DNA of 64,000 nucleotides. Source: Acidobacteriota bacterium (lineage in GTDB: Bacteria; Acidobacteriota; UBA6911; RPQK01; JAJDTT01). This document shows, one piece after another, positions 1 to 10,233 of this stretch (position 1 is its first letter; every line of letters starts with the position of its first letter). Below the pieces are notes generated by a model. That model saw only the letters and a program-made list of their open reading frames with translations. It made no database searches and was not told the DNA's origin. The translations under genes and the position numbers were made by a program. The stretch covers positions 4,224,001-4,288,000 of the forward strand of contig OZ253580.1 in assembly GCA_965263035.1 (NCBI GenBank), given 5' to 3'.

Positions 1-33
1 GCGTGACCCGAGACGACGTGCGATACTCAAACC

Positions 34-1647
34 ATGCGTTTCTTCAACACCGCCGGCCCGGTGAACCCGGAAATGCACTACACCATCCCGCCCCTGGAGC
101 GGCTCGACGTCGACGATTTCCTGATGCTCATACGGCAGTGGAAATACTTCGTCCTGCACGCGCCGCGTCAGACGGGCAAGACTTCGGCATTGCTGGCGTT
201 GAGGGACGAGTTGAACCTCGGCGGCGAGTTCCGGTGCGCGTACGTCAACGTCGAAGGCGGCCAAGCGGCCCGGGAAAATGTCCGCGAGGGTGTGCGAGCG
301 ATCCTCAGCGCCCTGGCGCGGGCGGCGCGCCACGCGCTGGACGACCTGTTCCTGGCTGAAGTTTGGCCGGAGATCCTAGAAACAGCGGGCCCCAACGACG
401 CGCTGGGGGAGACGCTGGCCCGATGGTCCGAAGCCGACGCCAAGCCGCTCGTGCTCATGATCGACGAGATCGACGCGCTGGTGGGCGACACGCTGCTGTC
501 GGTATTGCGTCAACTCCGGGCCGGTTACCCGGACCGCCCCCAGCGGTTTCCCCAGAGCGTGATTCTGTGCGGTGTGCGTGACGTGCGTGACTACCGAATT
601 CGGTCCAGGGCCGAAAACGCCATCGTCGCCGGTGGCAGCGCATTCAACATTCGGGCCGAATCCCTGCGGCTCGGAGATTTCTTGCCACGCGAGGTCGAGT
701 CCCTGTTGGCACAACATACCGGGGAGACGGACCAAGTGTTCACGGACGAGGGGCGGGACGAGATCTGGAGGTTGACGGAGGGCCAGCCATGGCTGGTGAA
801 TGCGCTGGCTTACGAGGCCTGTTTCCGGAACAAGGCCGGTCGCGACCGCAGCCAGGCGATCACGGGCGATGCCATCCAGGACGCGCGCGAGCAATTGATC
901 CTGCTTCGCGAGACCCATCTGGACCAGCTCACCGACAAGCTGCAGGAGGAGCGGGTGCGCCGGGTCGTTGAACCGCTCCTGAGGGGGTCCGGCGCGGTTG
1001 ACTTGATTCCAGCCGACGATCTGGCGTACGTGCGCGACCTGGGCCTGGTGACAAGAACCGGCCCCGTGGCCATCGCCAATCCCATCTACCGCGAAGTGAT
1101 CCCGCGCGATCTCACCTATACCACTCAGGAGATGTCGATCCATCACGATCCGGCCTGGTACGTCGATGAGGCCGGGGCGTTACGATCCGTCAAGCTGCTG
1201 GCCGCGTTCCAGCAGTTCTTCCGGGAGCACTCGGAGCACTGGGTTGAACGCTTTCAGTACAAGGAGGCCGGGCCGCAGCTGCTGCTGCAAGCGTTCCTGC
1301 AGCGTATCGTCAACAGCGGCGGGCGGATCGAGCGCGAGTACGGCCTGGGCCGGAGGCGGACGGATCTGTTGATCCTGTCACCAGTTGCAGGGCGTGCCAG
1401 CGAGGCGCAATCCGGAACGGACCGGCAGATGCAGAAGGTGGTCGTCGAATGCAAAGTGCTGCATCGAGGCCTTGATGAAACGCTCCGCGAAGGCTTGGTG
1501 CAGACGCGCGCCTACATGGATCGATGCGCCGCATCGGAGGGACACCTCGTGATCTTCGACCGCGATGAGGGGAGGTCGTGGGAAGATAAGATCTATCGCT
1601 GCGACGAAACGGCGGGCGGGGCCACGGTGACCGTATGGGGAATGTGA
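34..1647 (+). CDS. AAA-like ATPase with C-terminal PD-(D/E)XK-like nuclease domain
   Basis: 537 aa; Walker A-like APRQTGKTS, Walker B LMIDEID, C-terminal EREY..G..R.DL and VECK nuclease-like motifs. Confidence 0.8.
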   Translation: MRFFNTAGPVNPEMHYTIPPLERLDVDDFLMLIRQWKYFVLHAPRQTGKTSALLALRDELNLGGEFRCAYVNVEGGQAARENVREGVRAILSALARAARHALDDLFLAEVWPEILETAGPNDALGETLARWSEADAKPLVLMIDEIDALVGDTLLSVLRQLRAGYPDRPQRFPQSVILCGVRDVRDYRIRSRAENAIVAGGSAFNIRAESLRLGDFLPREVESLLAQHTGETDQVFTDEGRDEIWRLTEGQPWLVNALAYEACFRNKAGRDRSQAITGDAIQDAREQLILLRETHLDQLTDKLQEERVRRVVEPLLRGSGAVDLIPADDLAYVRDLGLVTRTGPVAIANPIYREVIPRDLTYTTQEMSIHHDPAWYVDEAGALRSVKLLAAFQQFFREHSEHWVERFQYKEAGPQLLLQAFLQRIVNSGGRIEREYGLGRRRTDLLILSPVAGRASEAQSGTDRQMQKVVVECKVLHRGLDETLREGLVQTRAYMDRCAASEGHLVIFDRDEGRSWEDKIYRCDETAGGATVTVWGM

Positions 1648-1722
1648 GGCTATTCAAGAGCCCGTGTTGAGAGGCGCCGGCACGCGACGTGGCGGGACGC
1701 AACGGTGAACTGAGAAGAGAAG

Positions 1723-2913
1723 ATGACACCCGGACGAGACCCGAATCCCAGGATGAACCTCCATCCCGGGTTGAGTTTCAGCCAGGATGAATACTTGCGA
1801 CGTTACCGGCTGGTGATGGACGGTATCCGCAAGGCCGGAGTGGACGCCCTGCTGGTCCGGGGTCCGGAGAACATCACTTATCTCACCGGCTACGAGACTC
1901 CCGGCTACTACGGTTACCACTGTCTGATCCTGGTCCCGGGAGAGTCGCCGGTCCTGGTGGGGCGCAGGTTGGAGGTGGGGACCAACGTCCCCGAATTCTC
2001 CTGGTTGACCGAGGTCGCGCCGGTGGAAGACCACGAAGTGCCGGTGGAGGTCACCATCCGGACCCTTTCCGGCATGGGCTTGGCGCGGAAGCGACTTGGA
2101 ATCGAATCGGATAGCTGGTTTCTGACCGTCAACGAGCATAAAGCCCTGGCCGGTGCGTTGCCTCATGCCACGCTGGTCGACTGCTCCAGCGTCATCGAGG
2201 AGGCGCGGATGATCAAGTCCGCCGAGGAAGTGGACGTGATCCGTCAGGCCGTGGCCATCGCCGATCGCGCCTGTCTCGCCGGGATCCGCGCCACCCGACC
2301 CGGCACCACCGAGGACCGGATCGCGGCGGCGGTCTACAAGGAATGGTGCGAAGCCGGCGCCGAGTACACCGGTCTGCCCAACTTCATCGTCTCGGGACCC
2401 CGTTCCGGCGCCTGCCACGCCACTTGGCGGGGCAGGCGGCTGGAAGACGACGACCATTGCTGTTTCGAAATCGCGGCTTCCAAGCATCGCTATTGCGGAG
2501 CGATTTTTCGGGTCGCCACCGTGGGCCGGGTGAATTCCCGGCTGCGCCGGCTTTCGGACGCGCAGAACCAGGCCATCCGGGAAGTGATCGCCGCCATTCG
2601 GCCGGGAGCCGTCTCGGAAGCGGTGGACCAGGTGGGACGGGACGTCATTGCCAAGGCGGGGTTCGGCAAGTGGCATGTGAGCCGGCTGGGCTATTCCATC
2701 GGCATCAACTATCCCCCCGACTGGGGTGAGGGGCAGATCATCAGCATCCGGCAGGGAGAGAAACGGCGCCTCCAGGAGAATATGACCTTCCACCTGGTGG
2801 CCGGTGTCCTCATTCCCGGCGAGTTCGGCTGCGGGGCCAGTGCCTCGGTGCGGGTCACCGGCACCGGCTGCGAGGTGCTGACCTCGCTGCCACTTCAACT
2901 GTTCGAGAACTGA
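1723..2913 (+). CDS. M24 (Xaa-Pro peptidase/creatinase) family hydrolase, ectoine hydrolase DoeA/EutD-like
   Basis: Creatinase-type N-terminus (ENITYLTGY), RMIKSAEE, GYSIGINYPPDWGE motif as recalled for EutD/DoeA. Confidence 0.8.
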   Translation: MTPGRDPNPRMNLHPGLSFSQDEYLRRYRLVMDGIRKAGVDALLVRGPENITYLTGYETPGYYGYHCLILVPGESPVLVGRRLEVGTNVPEFSWLTEVAPVEDHEVPVEVTIRTLSGMGLARKRLGIESDSWFLTVNEHKALAGALPHATLVDCSSVIEEARMIKSAEEVDVIRQAVAIADRACLAGIRATRPGTTEDRIAAAVYKEWCEAGAEYTGLPNFIVSGPRSGACHATWRGRRLEDDDHCCFEIAASKHRYCGAIFRVATVGRVNSRLRRLSDAQNQAIREVIAAIRPGAVSEAVDQVGRDVIAKAGFGKWHVSRLGYSIGINYPPDWGEGQIISIRQGEKRRLQENMTFHLVAGVLIPGEFGCGASASVRVTGTGCEVLTSLPLQLFEN

Positions 2914-2939
2914 CCGGAAACGGACGTTTCCGGCGGCCG

Positions 2940-4223
2940 TCACCGATTCTGAATGGTCTTGTCCGCGGGCTGGTACCGGTTGCCCAGGTTCCGCCACTCC
3001 AATTGGAAGAACTTGAAGGGTTTGTCGCCCAGGACCTTGTAACCGTGCTTGGCGTAGCGGGGGCAGAAGATCACGTCCCCGGGGCCGACCTCCCGCTCGA
3101 ACTCGCCCACCTCCCAGAGGGCTCTGCCCGAGACCACGATCTCCGCCTGCTCCATGTCGGGATGGTAGTGCACCGGCGTGTAGCCGCCGGGGTCGTACTG
3201 GACCAGGGCGATGATGGCGGCTTCCGAGTTTTTGCCTGGAAGCACGAAGCCCACCTGGGAGATCCCGAAATGGCCTCCCGCCCGCTCCGGGCTCAGCTTG
3301 ATCAGGGGCGTCTGCTTCTCCGAAAGGACGAAGCCCACGGTCCGGGCCAGGACCAGATCGGACGCGCCCTTCCCGTCCAGGTCGATTCCCCCCTTGGGCC
3401 TCGCCCTCCAGTTGAAGTCGACCATCACGAATTCGAAGCGGAGCACCCCGTCGGGTCCGGGTCCCGCGTTGGCCACCAGCAGCTCGCCGTCCCGGGTGAA
3501 TTCCAGTCCGCGGGGAACCCGAAGTCCGGGGTGGGTCAATGTCCCATTGGCAACCAGCCTGCCGTCCTGGATTCGAAGCCGGTGAATGGTCGGTTGGGAC
3601 TCGTCGGAGACGAAGGCCTCACCCCAGGGGCTCACCGTGGCGGCCGTCAGCCGGCTTCCCGGCAGGGCCAGTGCTTCCTTCGCGTCCGGAGTGTCCGCGT
3701 CGTCCCCGGAGAGCAGGTCGATCCGGTCCACGGCTACTCCGAAAGCGGCGTCGTGCAGGACGAAGAGGTCCCGGTAGCGGGACCCGGCGGCCTCCTGCAC
3801 CCGGGCGAGACTATGGCGGTCGCGGTAGTGACCGCCGCCGGTCTCGGAGTACAGTCGGCTGCCGCTGCGAAAATTCTGTTCAGTGTCGGTCTTCTCCAGC
3901 CGCCTGCCCCCAGGATCGGTGGCCTGCCCCGGGCTGCCGTCGTATTTCGTCAGACCGTCTGAACGGCGATACAGCAAGCGAGCCGTCTGACGCTTTTGCT
4001 CGTCGTAAGTGACCAGGATGTTTCCGTCCCGCATTTCCAGCGACTGCGCCGGAAAGACGCCGGGCAGGTCCCGGTCCCGATAGGTCCGGACCCGCCGCGC
4101 GTTGCCTTCGTCGTCGATGTCGACCTCCAGGATGGCTTCTTCCCCCTGAAGCACGAAGAGGCGGTTCTCGGCCCGGCAGGTGAGGGGACACAACAGAAAA
4201 AGGCAGACGAAGACACTCCTCAT
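2940..4223 (-). CDS. Secreted protein with beta-propeller-like region and C-terminal cupin domain
   Basis: Signal peptide; cupin motifs HYHPDMEQ and GDVIFCPRYAKHG. Confidence 0.7.
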   Translation of the reverse strand: MRSVFVCLFLLCPLTCRAENRLFVLQGEEAILEVDIDDEGNARRVRTYRDRDLPGVFPAQSLEMRDGNILVTYDEQKRQTARLLYRRSDGLTKYDGSPGQATDPGGRRLEKTDTEQNFRSGSRLYSETGGGHYRDRHSLARVQEAAGSRYRDLFVLHDAAFGVAVDRIDLLSGDDADTPDAKEALALPGSRLTAATVSPWGEAFVSDESQPTIHRLRIQDGRLVANGTLTHPGLRVPRGLEFTRDGELLVANAGPGPDGVLRFEFVMVDFNWRARPKGGIDLDGKGASDLVLARTVGFVLSEKQTPLIKLSPERAGGHFGISQVGFVLPGKNSEAAIIALVQYDPGGYTPVHYHPDMEQAEIVVSGRALWEVGEFEREVGPGDVIFCPRYAKHGYKVLGDKPFKFFQLEWRNLGNRYQPADKTIQNR

Positions 4224-4254
4224 GGTTTCCTCCTGGAGACGGCGGCGGGTCGGG

Positions 4255-5595
4255 CTAACCCAGGACCTCGCCCACGGACTCGGTCATGATCTCGACGACA
4301 CGATCCATTTGGGACCGGCTGATGATCACGGGCGGAGCCAGGCAGAAGACGTCCTGCCTCAGGCGGCTGAAGAGACCCCGCTCCTGGGCCGCCTGGTGAA
4401 CCCGGATCCCCACCTTCTCGGCCGCGGGAAACTCGGCTTTGGTCTCCTTGTCCTGGACCAGCTCGATTCCGATCATGAGACCCAGCCCGCGAATCTCTCC
4501 CACGTGGGGATGGTCTCCCAGAGCCGACTGGAGTCCGTCCAGCAGATAGCGCCCCTTCTCGGCGGCCTGAGTCGGGAAGTCTTCTCCCTCGATGATGTCC
4601 AGGTTGGCCAGAGCGACGGCGCAACCGACGGGATGGGCGCTGTAGGTGTAGGCGTGCATCCAGGTCGCCTTGCCCTCGTCCATGACCTGGGCGATACGCT
4701 CGCTGACGCCGATCCCTCCCAGAGGAAAGTAACCGGAGGTCACGGCCTTGGCGAACTGGATCATGTCCGGCTCGATGCCCCAGTGCTCCAGGCCGAACAT
4801 GCGCCCGGTCCGCCCGAAGCCGGTGATCACCTCGTCGGAGACCAGAAGCACCTCGTACTGGTCGCAGATTTCCCGGATGCGCTGGAAATAGCCGTCGGGC
4901 GGCACGATGACGCCGCCGGCGCCCTGGACCGGTTCGGCCAGGAACATGGCTACCGTGTCCGGACCCTCACGGAGGATGGCCTGCTCCAGTTCATCGGCCG
5001 CGGCCACGGCGGGGTCGGCGCCGGCCGGGGCCTCATAGCGGTAGGGATAGGGGGACGGGATGTGGATGAAGCCGGGCACGCGGGGCTCGAACATGGACCA
5101 ATAGGCGGTGATCCCGGTGGCGCTCATGGCGGCCAGCGTGACCCCATGGTATCCCCACTGCCTCGAAATCACCTTGGTCTTATTGGGGTATCCCAGAAGT
5201 TTCCAGTAATAGCGGGACGTCTTGACGCAGCTTTCCGTCGACTCGCCGCCCCCCGAGGTGAAGAAGAACCGGGAGATGCTGGGATAGGTGAGATCCGAGA
5301 TCCGCTGTGCCAGCCGGATGGCCGGCGGGTTGGAACTTCCGGCGTAGCCGGAGCAGTAACCCAGTTGCTCCATCTGCCCGGAGGCGGCCCGGGCCAGCTC
5401 CAGCCGCCCGTGACCCGCCACCACGTTCCACAACCCGGCCAGGCCGTCGATGTATTCCCGGCCGTCGGCGTCGGTGAGAACCGCCCCATCTCCGCTGATC
5501 CAGACATGCCCCTTCTCCTGGAGGTTCCGGTCGTGCAGGGGATGGATCAGATGGGCTCGGTCCCGCGTCAGAAGTTCAGTCTTGGTGCTTGTCAT
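4255..5595 (-). CDS. Class III PLP-dependent aminotransferase
   Basis: DGLAGLWNVVAGHG, YHGVT, EPVQGAGG, DEVITGFGRTG, FAKAVTSGYFP; start moved to MTSTKTELL. Confidence 0.9.
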   Translation of the reverse strand: MTSTKTELLTRDRAHLIHPLHDRNLQEKGHVWISGDGAVLTDADGREYIDGLAGLWNVVAGHGRLELARAASGQMEQLGYCSGYAGSSNPPAIRLAQRISDLTYPSISRFFFTSGGGESTESCVKTSRYYWKLLGYPNKTKVISRQWGYHGVTLAAMSATGITAYWSMFEPRVPGFIHIPSPYPYRYEAPAGADPAVAAADELEQAILREGPDTVAMFLAEPVQGAGGVIVPPDGYFQRIREICDQYEVLLVSDEVITGFGRTGRMFGLEHWGIEPDMIQFAKAVTSGYFPLGGIGVSERIAQVMDEGKATWMHAYTYSAHPVGCAVALANLDIIEGEDFPTQAAEKGRYLLDGLQSALGDHPHVGEIRGLGLMIGIELVQDKETKAEFPAAEKVGIRVHQAAQERGLFSRLRQDVFCLAPPVIISRSQMDRVVEIMTESVGEVLG

Positions 5596-5621
5596 GAAAG
5601 GTTCTCCAGATAGTGTTCGTC

Positions 5622-6779
5622 TCAATCGGGGACTCCGCACCATTGGCGGATCATCTGTGTGAAGAGTCGGGTCCCCTTCTCGATCTGGTCCAACAGGATC
5701 CACTCGTCGTGCGTATGAGCCTGGGCGATGTCCCCCGGGCCCATCACCACCAATCGCTCCAGCTCCGTCAGCATGGCGCCGTCGGTGCCGAAGGCGACGG
5801 TCCGGGGGCGCCGCCGTCCAGCCAACTCCAGCGCCTCCCGAACGTAGTCCGAGTCGGGATCCATGTAGATGGGTTTGCCCGTCCAGAGGGGGTTGAACTC
5901 GATCCCGCACTCCAGGGCCTTGTCGTGAGCCCGCTGCATCAGGCCGTCGGCATCCATGCCGGCCATGGGACGGAAGTAGACGGTGCAGATGCTCTGGGCC
6001 GCCTTCATGTTCACCACCCGGGTGTGGTCGTTGATTCCGATGTTCCAGCTGATCCCCGGCGGGTCGAACTCGTGGTTCTGCCACTCGGGCGCCTCCTCCG
6101 TCTCGTCGTGGATGCGCTTCATCTCAGAGAGGAAGGGAATCATGGCCAGATTGGCGTTGAGACCCTCCCGGCTGCTGGAGTGGGCCGCCTTTCCATGGGA
6201 GGTGGCGATGAACCCGTACGTGCCCTTGTGGGCATGGACCACCTCCAGCATGGTCGGCTCGCCGATGACGCCGCGGGTTCCCCCGGTGACCATTTCGCGG
6301 AAGAATCGGGACTCGCGGGCCACGGCGGCCGCCCCGCCGTAGCCGATCTCCTCGTCTGACGTCAGGGTGATGTAGAGCGGCTCACGCAAGCGGGCACCCG
6401 AGAGCCGGCTCGCGGCCGCGAGCATGCAGGAAATGGATCCCTTCATGTCGCATGAGCCGCGCCCGTAGAGCCGGTCCCCCTTGATGGTCGGCTCGAAGGG
6501 TCCGTGCTCGTCGCTGAACCAGGTGTCGGCGGGGACCGTGTCGGTGTGGCCGAAATAGGCCATGCCGCCTTGACCCTCTCCTCGCTTGCCCACGATGCTG
6601 GCTTTGCGGACCCCTTGGGCGTCATCATACTCGATCCGCTCGGTTTCGAAACCCAGGTGCTCCAGTGCCTCTTCCACGTAGTCGGCCGCCGGCAGGTTGG
6701 AACGGCTGCTGGTGGTGTTCATGGGAACCAGGTCATGCAGATAGCCGAGGGCATCCATGGGCTCGCTTCTCCTTATCAT
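5622..6779 (-). CDS. M20 metallohydrolase, acetylornithine deacetylase ArgE-like
   Basis: GHTDTVP, YGRGSCDMKG, DEEIG, IGEPT, AHTHDE. Confidence 0.85.
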   Translation of the reverse strand: MIRRSEPMDALGYLHDLVPMNTTSSRSNLPAADYVEEALEHLGFETERIEYDDAQGVRKASIVGKRGEGQGGMAYFGHTDTVPADTWFSDEHGPFEPTIKGDRLYGRGSCDMKGSISCMLAAASRLSGARLREPLYITLTSDEEIGYGGAAAVARESRFFREMVTGGTRGVIGEPTMLEVVHAHKGTYGFIATSHGKAAHSSSREGLNANLAMIPFLSEMKRIHDETEEAPEWQNHEFDPPGISWNIGINDHTRVVNMKAAQSICTVYFRPMAGMDADGLMQRAHDKALECGIEFNPLWTGKPIYMDPDSDYVREALELAGRRRPRTVAFGTDGAMLTELERLVVMGPGDIAQAHTHDEWILLDQIEKGTRLFTQMIRQWCGVPD

Positions 6780-6886
6780 TTGGTCCCGTTTATACCACCG
6801 GTTCCGGCGCCGGGGGAATCGGTGCCCACGTGTTATTGTTGCCCCTCCGGTGATTTAATCGGCGCGAACCGGAATTAGGAGGGATC

Positions 6887-8431
6887 GTGAGAAGACTGAG
6901 TTTGTGCACACTGGGGACGATCTGGCTTGCGGGGCTGCTCTCGCTTTCATTGTCTGCCGGGTCTCACGACGACGTCCGGAATGTCGGGTCGCGTCTGGAG
7001 CTCTTCGTCGACGACTGGCTGATCGCGCGCATGGACAATCTGCGCCTAGCCCTGCACCGGCCGCGCCCGGCCGAGGTGGCTATCGATTTCGACCGGCCCT
7101 GGGAAGGAGAGTACTCGGCCTACGTGACCGTGTTCCAGGACGGCGACCGGTACCGCATGTACTACCGGGGGGTGGGGAGCGCCGAAGACGCCAAGCAGGT
7201 CTACTGCTACGCCGAGAGCCGCGACGGTGTCCACTGGACCCGGCCCTCTCTCGGTCTGCACTCCCACAATGGCTCCACCGACAACAACATCATCTGGACG
7301 GGCAAGGGATCGCACAACTTCGCCCCCTTCAAGGACTCCAACCCCGACACCCCGGCCCCGGAGCGCTACAAGGCGCTGGGCGGAGGGCCGCTCTTGGCCT
7401 TCGTCTCTGCCGACGGCCTGAACTGGAGCCAGGTCCGGGAGGAGCCGGTCATCAGTGACGGCGCCTTCGACTCGCAGAACCTGGCGTTCTGGGACCCCGG
7501 AAGAAAAAAGTATGTGGCCTTCTACCGGGACTTCATCCGCCCCGTCGGAGACGCGTGGAAGTACTCGGGCGTTCGGGCCATCAAGACGGCGACCTCCACC
7601 GATTTCCTCGACTGGACCGAGGGCAGGTACCTGGACTACGAGGATGCGCCCCTGGAGCATTTCTACACCAACGCCATTACGCCCTATCCCCGGGCGCCAC
7701 ACATCTACCTGGGCTTTCCCAAGCGCTTCGTGCCCACCCGGATCGTCCGGGAAACGGATGAGACCCTGTTTCAGAACTATTGGGAGGAACTGCACGAGTC
7801 CGGAAACGAGGAAGGGCTCGAACGGAACCGGAAGCGGGCCCAGGCGGCGGGTCAGCCGCTGGAGGAGTGGTACCGAATCGCCCTCTTCGGGGGTGTCTCG
7901 GATGCGGTCCTCATCAGCAGCCGTGACGGGTACCGCTTCCAGCGCACCTTTCGGGAGGGATTCGTCCGGGCCGGCCTGGACCAGGGGAACTGGGGGCATC
8001 GAAACAACATGACGGCCTGGGGAATCCTTCAGACGGGCTCCGAAGAGCTCTCCATCTACCTGGGGGAGCACTACGAATTGCCCACCTGCCGGCTACGTCG
8101 CCACACCCTGAGGTTGGATGGTTTTGGGTCCGTCCACGCAGACTTCGGGGGCGGCAGCCTTCTGACTCATCCTCTCACTTTCGACGGCAAGGAACTGGTC
8201 CTCAACTACTCGACGTCGGCGGTCGGCTACGTGAAGGTAGGTCTGCAGGATGAGCTGGGTAGACCCGTTCCGGGCCTGAGCCTGAACGAATGTCCCGAGA
8301 TCTACGGTGACGAGATCGAGCGGGTGGTCCGGTGGAACGGAGACGGCGACCTGGGCGCCCGGGCCGGCAAGAAGGTCCGCCTCGTATTCGAGATGAAGGA
8401 CGCCGACCTCTATTCGATTCGCTTCAGGTAG
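6887..8431 (+). CDS. Secreted five-bladed beta-propeller glycoside-hydrolase-like protein
   Basis: Signal peptide; LFVDD, YAESRDGVHW..P.LG, R.DGF motifs shared with four other ORFs in the window. Confidence 0.7.
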   Translation: MRRLSLCTLGTIWLAGLLSLSLSAGSHDDVRNVGSRLELFVDDWLIARMDNLRLALHRPRPAEVAIDFDRPWEGEYSAYVTVFQDGDRYRMYYRGVGSAEDAKQVYCYAESRDGVHWTRPSLGLHSHNGSTDNNIIWTGKGSHNFAPFKDSNPDTPAPERYKALGGGPLLAFVSADGLNWSQVREEPVISDGAFDSQNLAFWDPGRKKYVAFYRDFIRPVGDAWKYSGVRAIKTATSTDFLDWTEGRYLDYEDAPLEHFYTNAITPYPRAPHIYLGFPKRFVPTRIVRETDETLFQNYWEELHESGNEEGLERNRKRAQAAGQPLEEWYRIALFGGVSDAVLISSRDGYRFQRTFREGFVRAGLDQGNWGHRNNMTAWGILQTGSEELSIYLGEHYELPTCRLRRHTLRLDGFGSVHADFGGGSLLTHPLTFDGKELVLNYSTSAVGYVKVGLQDELGRPVPGLSLNECPEIYGDEIERVVRWNGDGDLGARAGKKVRLVFEMKDADLYSIRFR

Positions 8432-8459
8432 CGCCGAGCGCGGAAAGGAGTCACGCGGG

Positions 8460-10058
8460 ATGAGAAGGCGTTCAGCGGCCTGCGGTTTGGCGGGGCTGGT
8501 GTTTTTTCTCCTGAGCGCCGTTGCTGCTGCGGGCTCTGACGAGCCGGTCGCAGTGGGGAGCGAGAAGCAACTTTTCGCTGGACCCTGGACCGAAGACGGA
8601 CGAGACGGCTATCTCGTCGACTCCATGCGCAACGTCACCATGCGGACGGGCGAGGCGATCGCCACCGGTCAGAAGGTGCCCCTTCCGGCACCCGGATTCG
8701 TGGTTCGCGACGGATCCCTCCACCGGCTCTACTACGGCGCACCAGGTGTCGAATGCGACTTCTGGGACCAGAAGCTCCACTGCAATCTCCTGCGCTACGC
8801 GGAATCGGACGACGGTGTGCACTGGAGAAAGCCTTCATTGGGCCTGGTGGAGTGGGAAGGCTCCCGCGACAACAACATCCTGTTCCCCAACGACGATTTC
8901 CCCTACGCTGTGGCCTCCGTCGGCGTCAACACCGTGTTCGTGGATCCCAACGCGTCCGGTCCCGGAGATCGGCTCAAGGCCAGCTACAAACTCACTCCGC
9001 CCCAGGAAACCGGTCCGGACAATGCAATGGAACCGCTTCCCGACGGAAAGGGGAAATACGGTTTTGTGTCCGCCGACGGTATTCACTGGAAGCGGATCAC
9101 GGGCAAGCTGGGCACCTCGGGGGACGGCGGCTTCGAACCCTTCTGGGACGGGCGCATCGGCAAGTACGTGGCCTACAGCCGGGTCAAGACTTTCGACGAC
9201 CCGCGGCAGGTGGACTACTACCATCGGGTCTACGGCAAGCGGAAAATGAACTGGAGGGCCCGGCTCCTCCGCATGGGGCGGTCGGTGTCGGACGATTTCG
9301 TTCACTGGAGTCCGGAGGAGATCGTCCTGGCCCCTGACGACGTGGACGAGGCCGATTCCGTGGCCCCGAACCGCGTCGATTTCTACAGCCTGCCCGTGAT
9401 CCAGTACACGAGCCGGGCCTACGTGGCCTTCCTCTCCATCTACAGTCATTGGAAAGCCCGGGTCAAGAAGGACGGATCGCTGAGCCAGTTCCCGGGACGG
9501 GCCGACATCCAGTTGGCCACGAGCCGCGACGGCATCCACTGGAGCCGGTCCCCGGGGCGGACCCCCTTCATTCGGCTGGGTCCCCAGGGGAGCTTCTGGG
9601 CCGGAATGCTCTTCGTCAAACGTCCGCTCCCCTCGGCGTCGGCCCCGCGCCTGGAGGTCTTCTTCGATGGTTGGCGGAAAGTCCACAACGATCCGACCCG
9701 GACGGGGCAGCCGGTGCGGGGCGTGGCCGTCACCCGGACCGACGGCTTCATCGTGGCCGAAGCCGCCTACACCGGAGGAGAATTGACCACGAAGCCGCTG
9801 GTCTTCGAGGGGAACACGCTCCAATTGAACACGGACACCAGCGCCGGGGGCATCGTGCAGGTAGAGATCCAGGACGAGTCGGGCCGGCCGGTGGAGGGAT
9901 TCAAGGCGGCCGATGCCGACGAGATCAACGGCAACTACCTGAAGGTCGCGGCCAGTTGGAACGGCCGGTCCGACGTGAGCTCGCTGGCGGGGCAACCGGT
10001 CCGCCTCCGCTTCCTCATGCGTGACGCCCGCCTCTACGCTTTCCGGTTCAGCCCCTGA
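8460..10058 (+). CDS. Secreted beta-propeller glycoside-hydrolase-like protein
   Basis: Signal peptide; YAESDDGVHW, SRDGIHW, R.DGF motifs; RBS GAAAGGAG. Confidence 0.7.
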   Translation: MRRRSAACGLAGLVFFLLSAVAAAGSDEPVAVGSEKQLFAGPWTEDGRDGYLVDSMRNVTMRTGEAIATGQKVPLPAPGFVVRDGSLHRLYYGAPGVECDFWDQKLHCNLLRYAESDDGVHWRKPSLGLVEWEGSRDNNILFPNDDFPYAVASVGVNTVFVDPNASGPGDRLKASYKLTPPQETGPDNAMEPLPDGKGKYGFVSADGIHWKRITGKLGTSGDGGFEPFWDGRIGKYVAYSRVKTFDDPRQVDYYHRVYGKRKMNWRARLLRMGRSVSDDFVHWSPEEIVLAPDDVDEADSVAPNRVDFYSLPVIQYTSRAYVAFLSIYSHWKARVKKDGSLSQFPGRADIQLATSRDGIHWSRSPGRTPFIRLGPQGSFWAGMLFVKRPLPSASAPRLEVFFDGWRKVHNDPTRTGQPVRGVAVTRTDGFIVAEAAYTGGELTTKPLVFEGNTLQLNTDTSAGGIVQVEIQDESGRPVEGFKAADADEINGNYLKVAASWNGRSDVSSLAGQPVRLRFLMRDARLYAFRFSP

Positions 10059-10089
10059 CCGTTTTGCTGGCGAATGAGAAGGGGCGGAG

Positions 10090-10233
10090 GGGCGACATCC
10101 TTGTCGCCCATTGGGAGGTGACTTTCTTGTCGCCTGCTCTTCTTTGTCGCTACCGGATGCTGCGGCCGGAAAGTGTAGAGTGGGGACTCCGTCCCCCCTG
10201 CCCCCCTGGTCGGCGACAAGAAAGTCGCCGCTC
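10090..10233. repeat. Cluster of REP-like hairpins (family 1, GGCGAC-N6-GTCGCC-GCTCC)
   Basis: Hairpins at ~10090-10109, 10116-10135 and 10211-10233; relatives at 20041, 20705, 25900, 37247, 37274, 40079, 41662, 52608. Confidence 0.8.
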
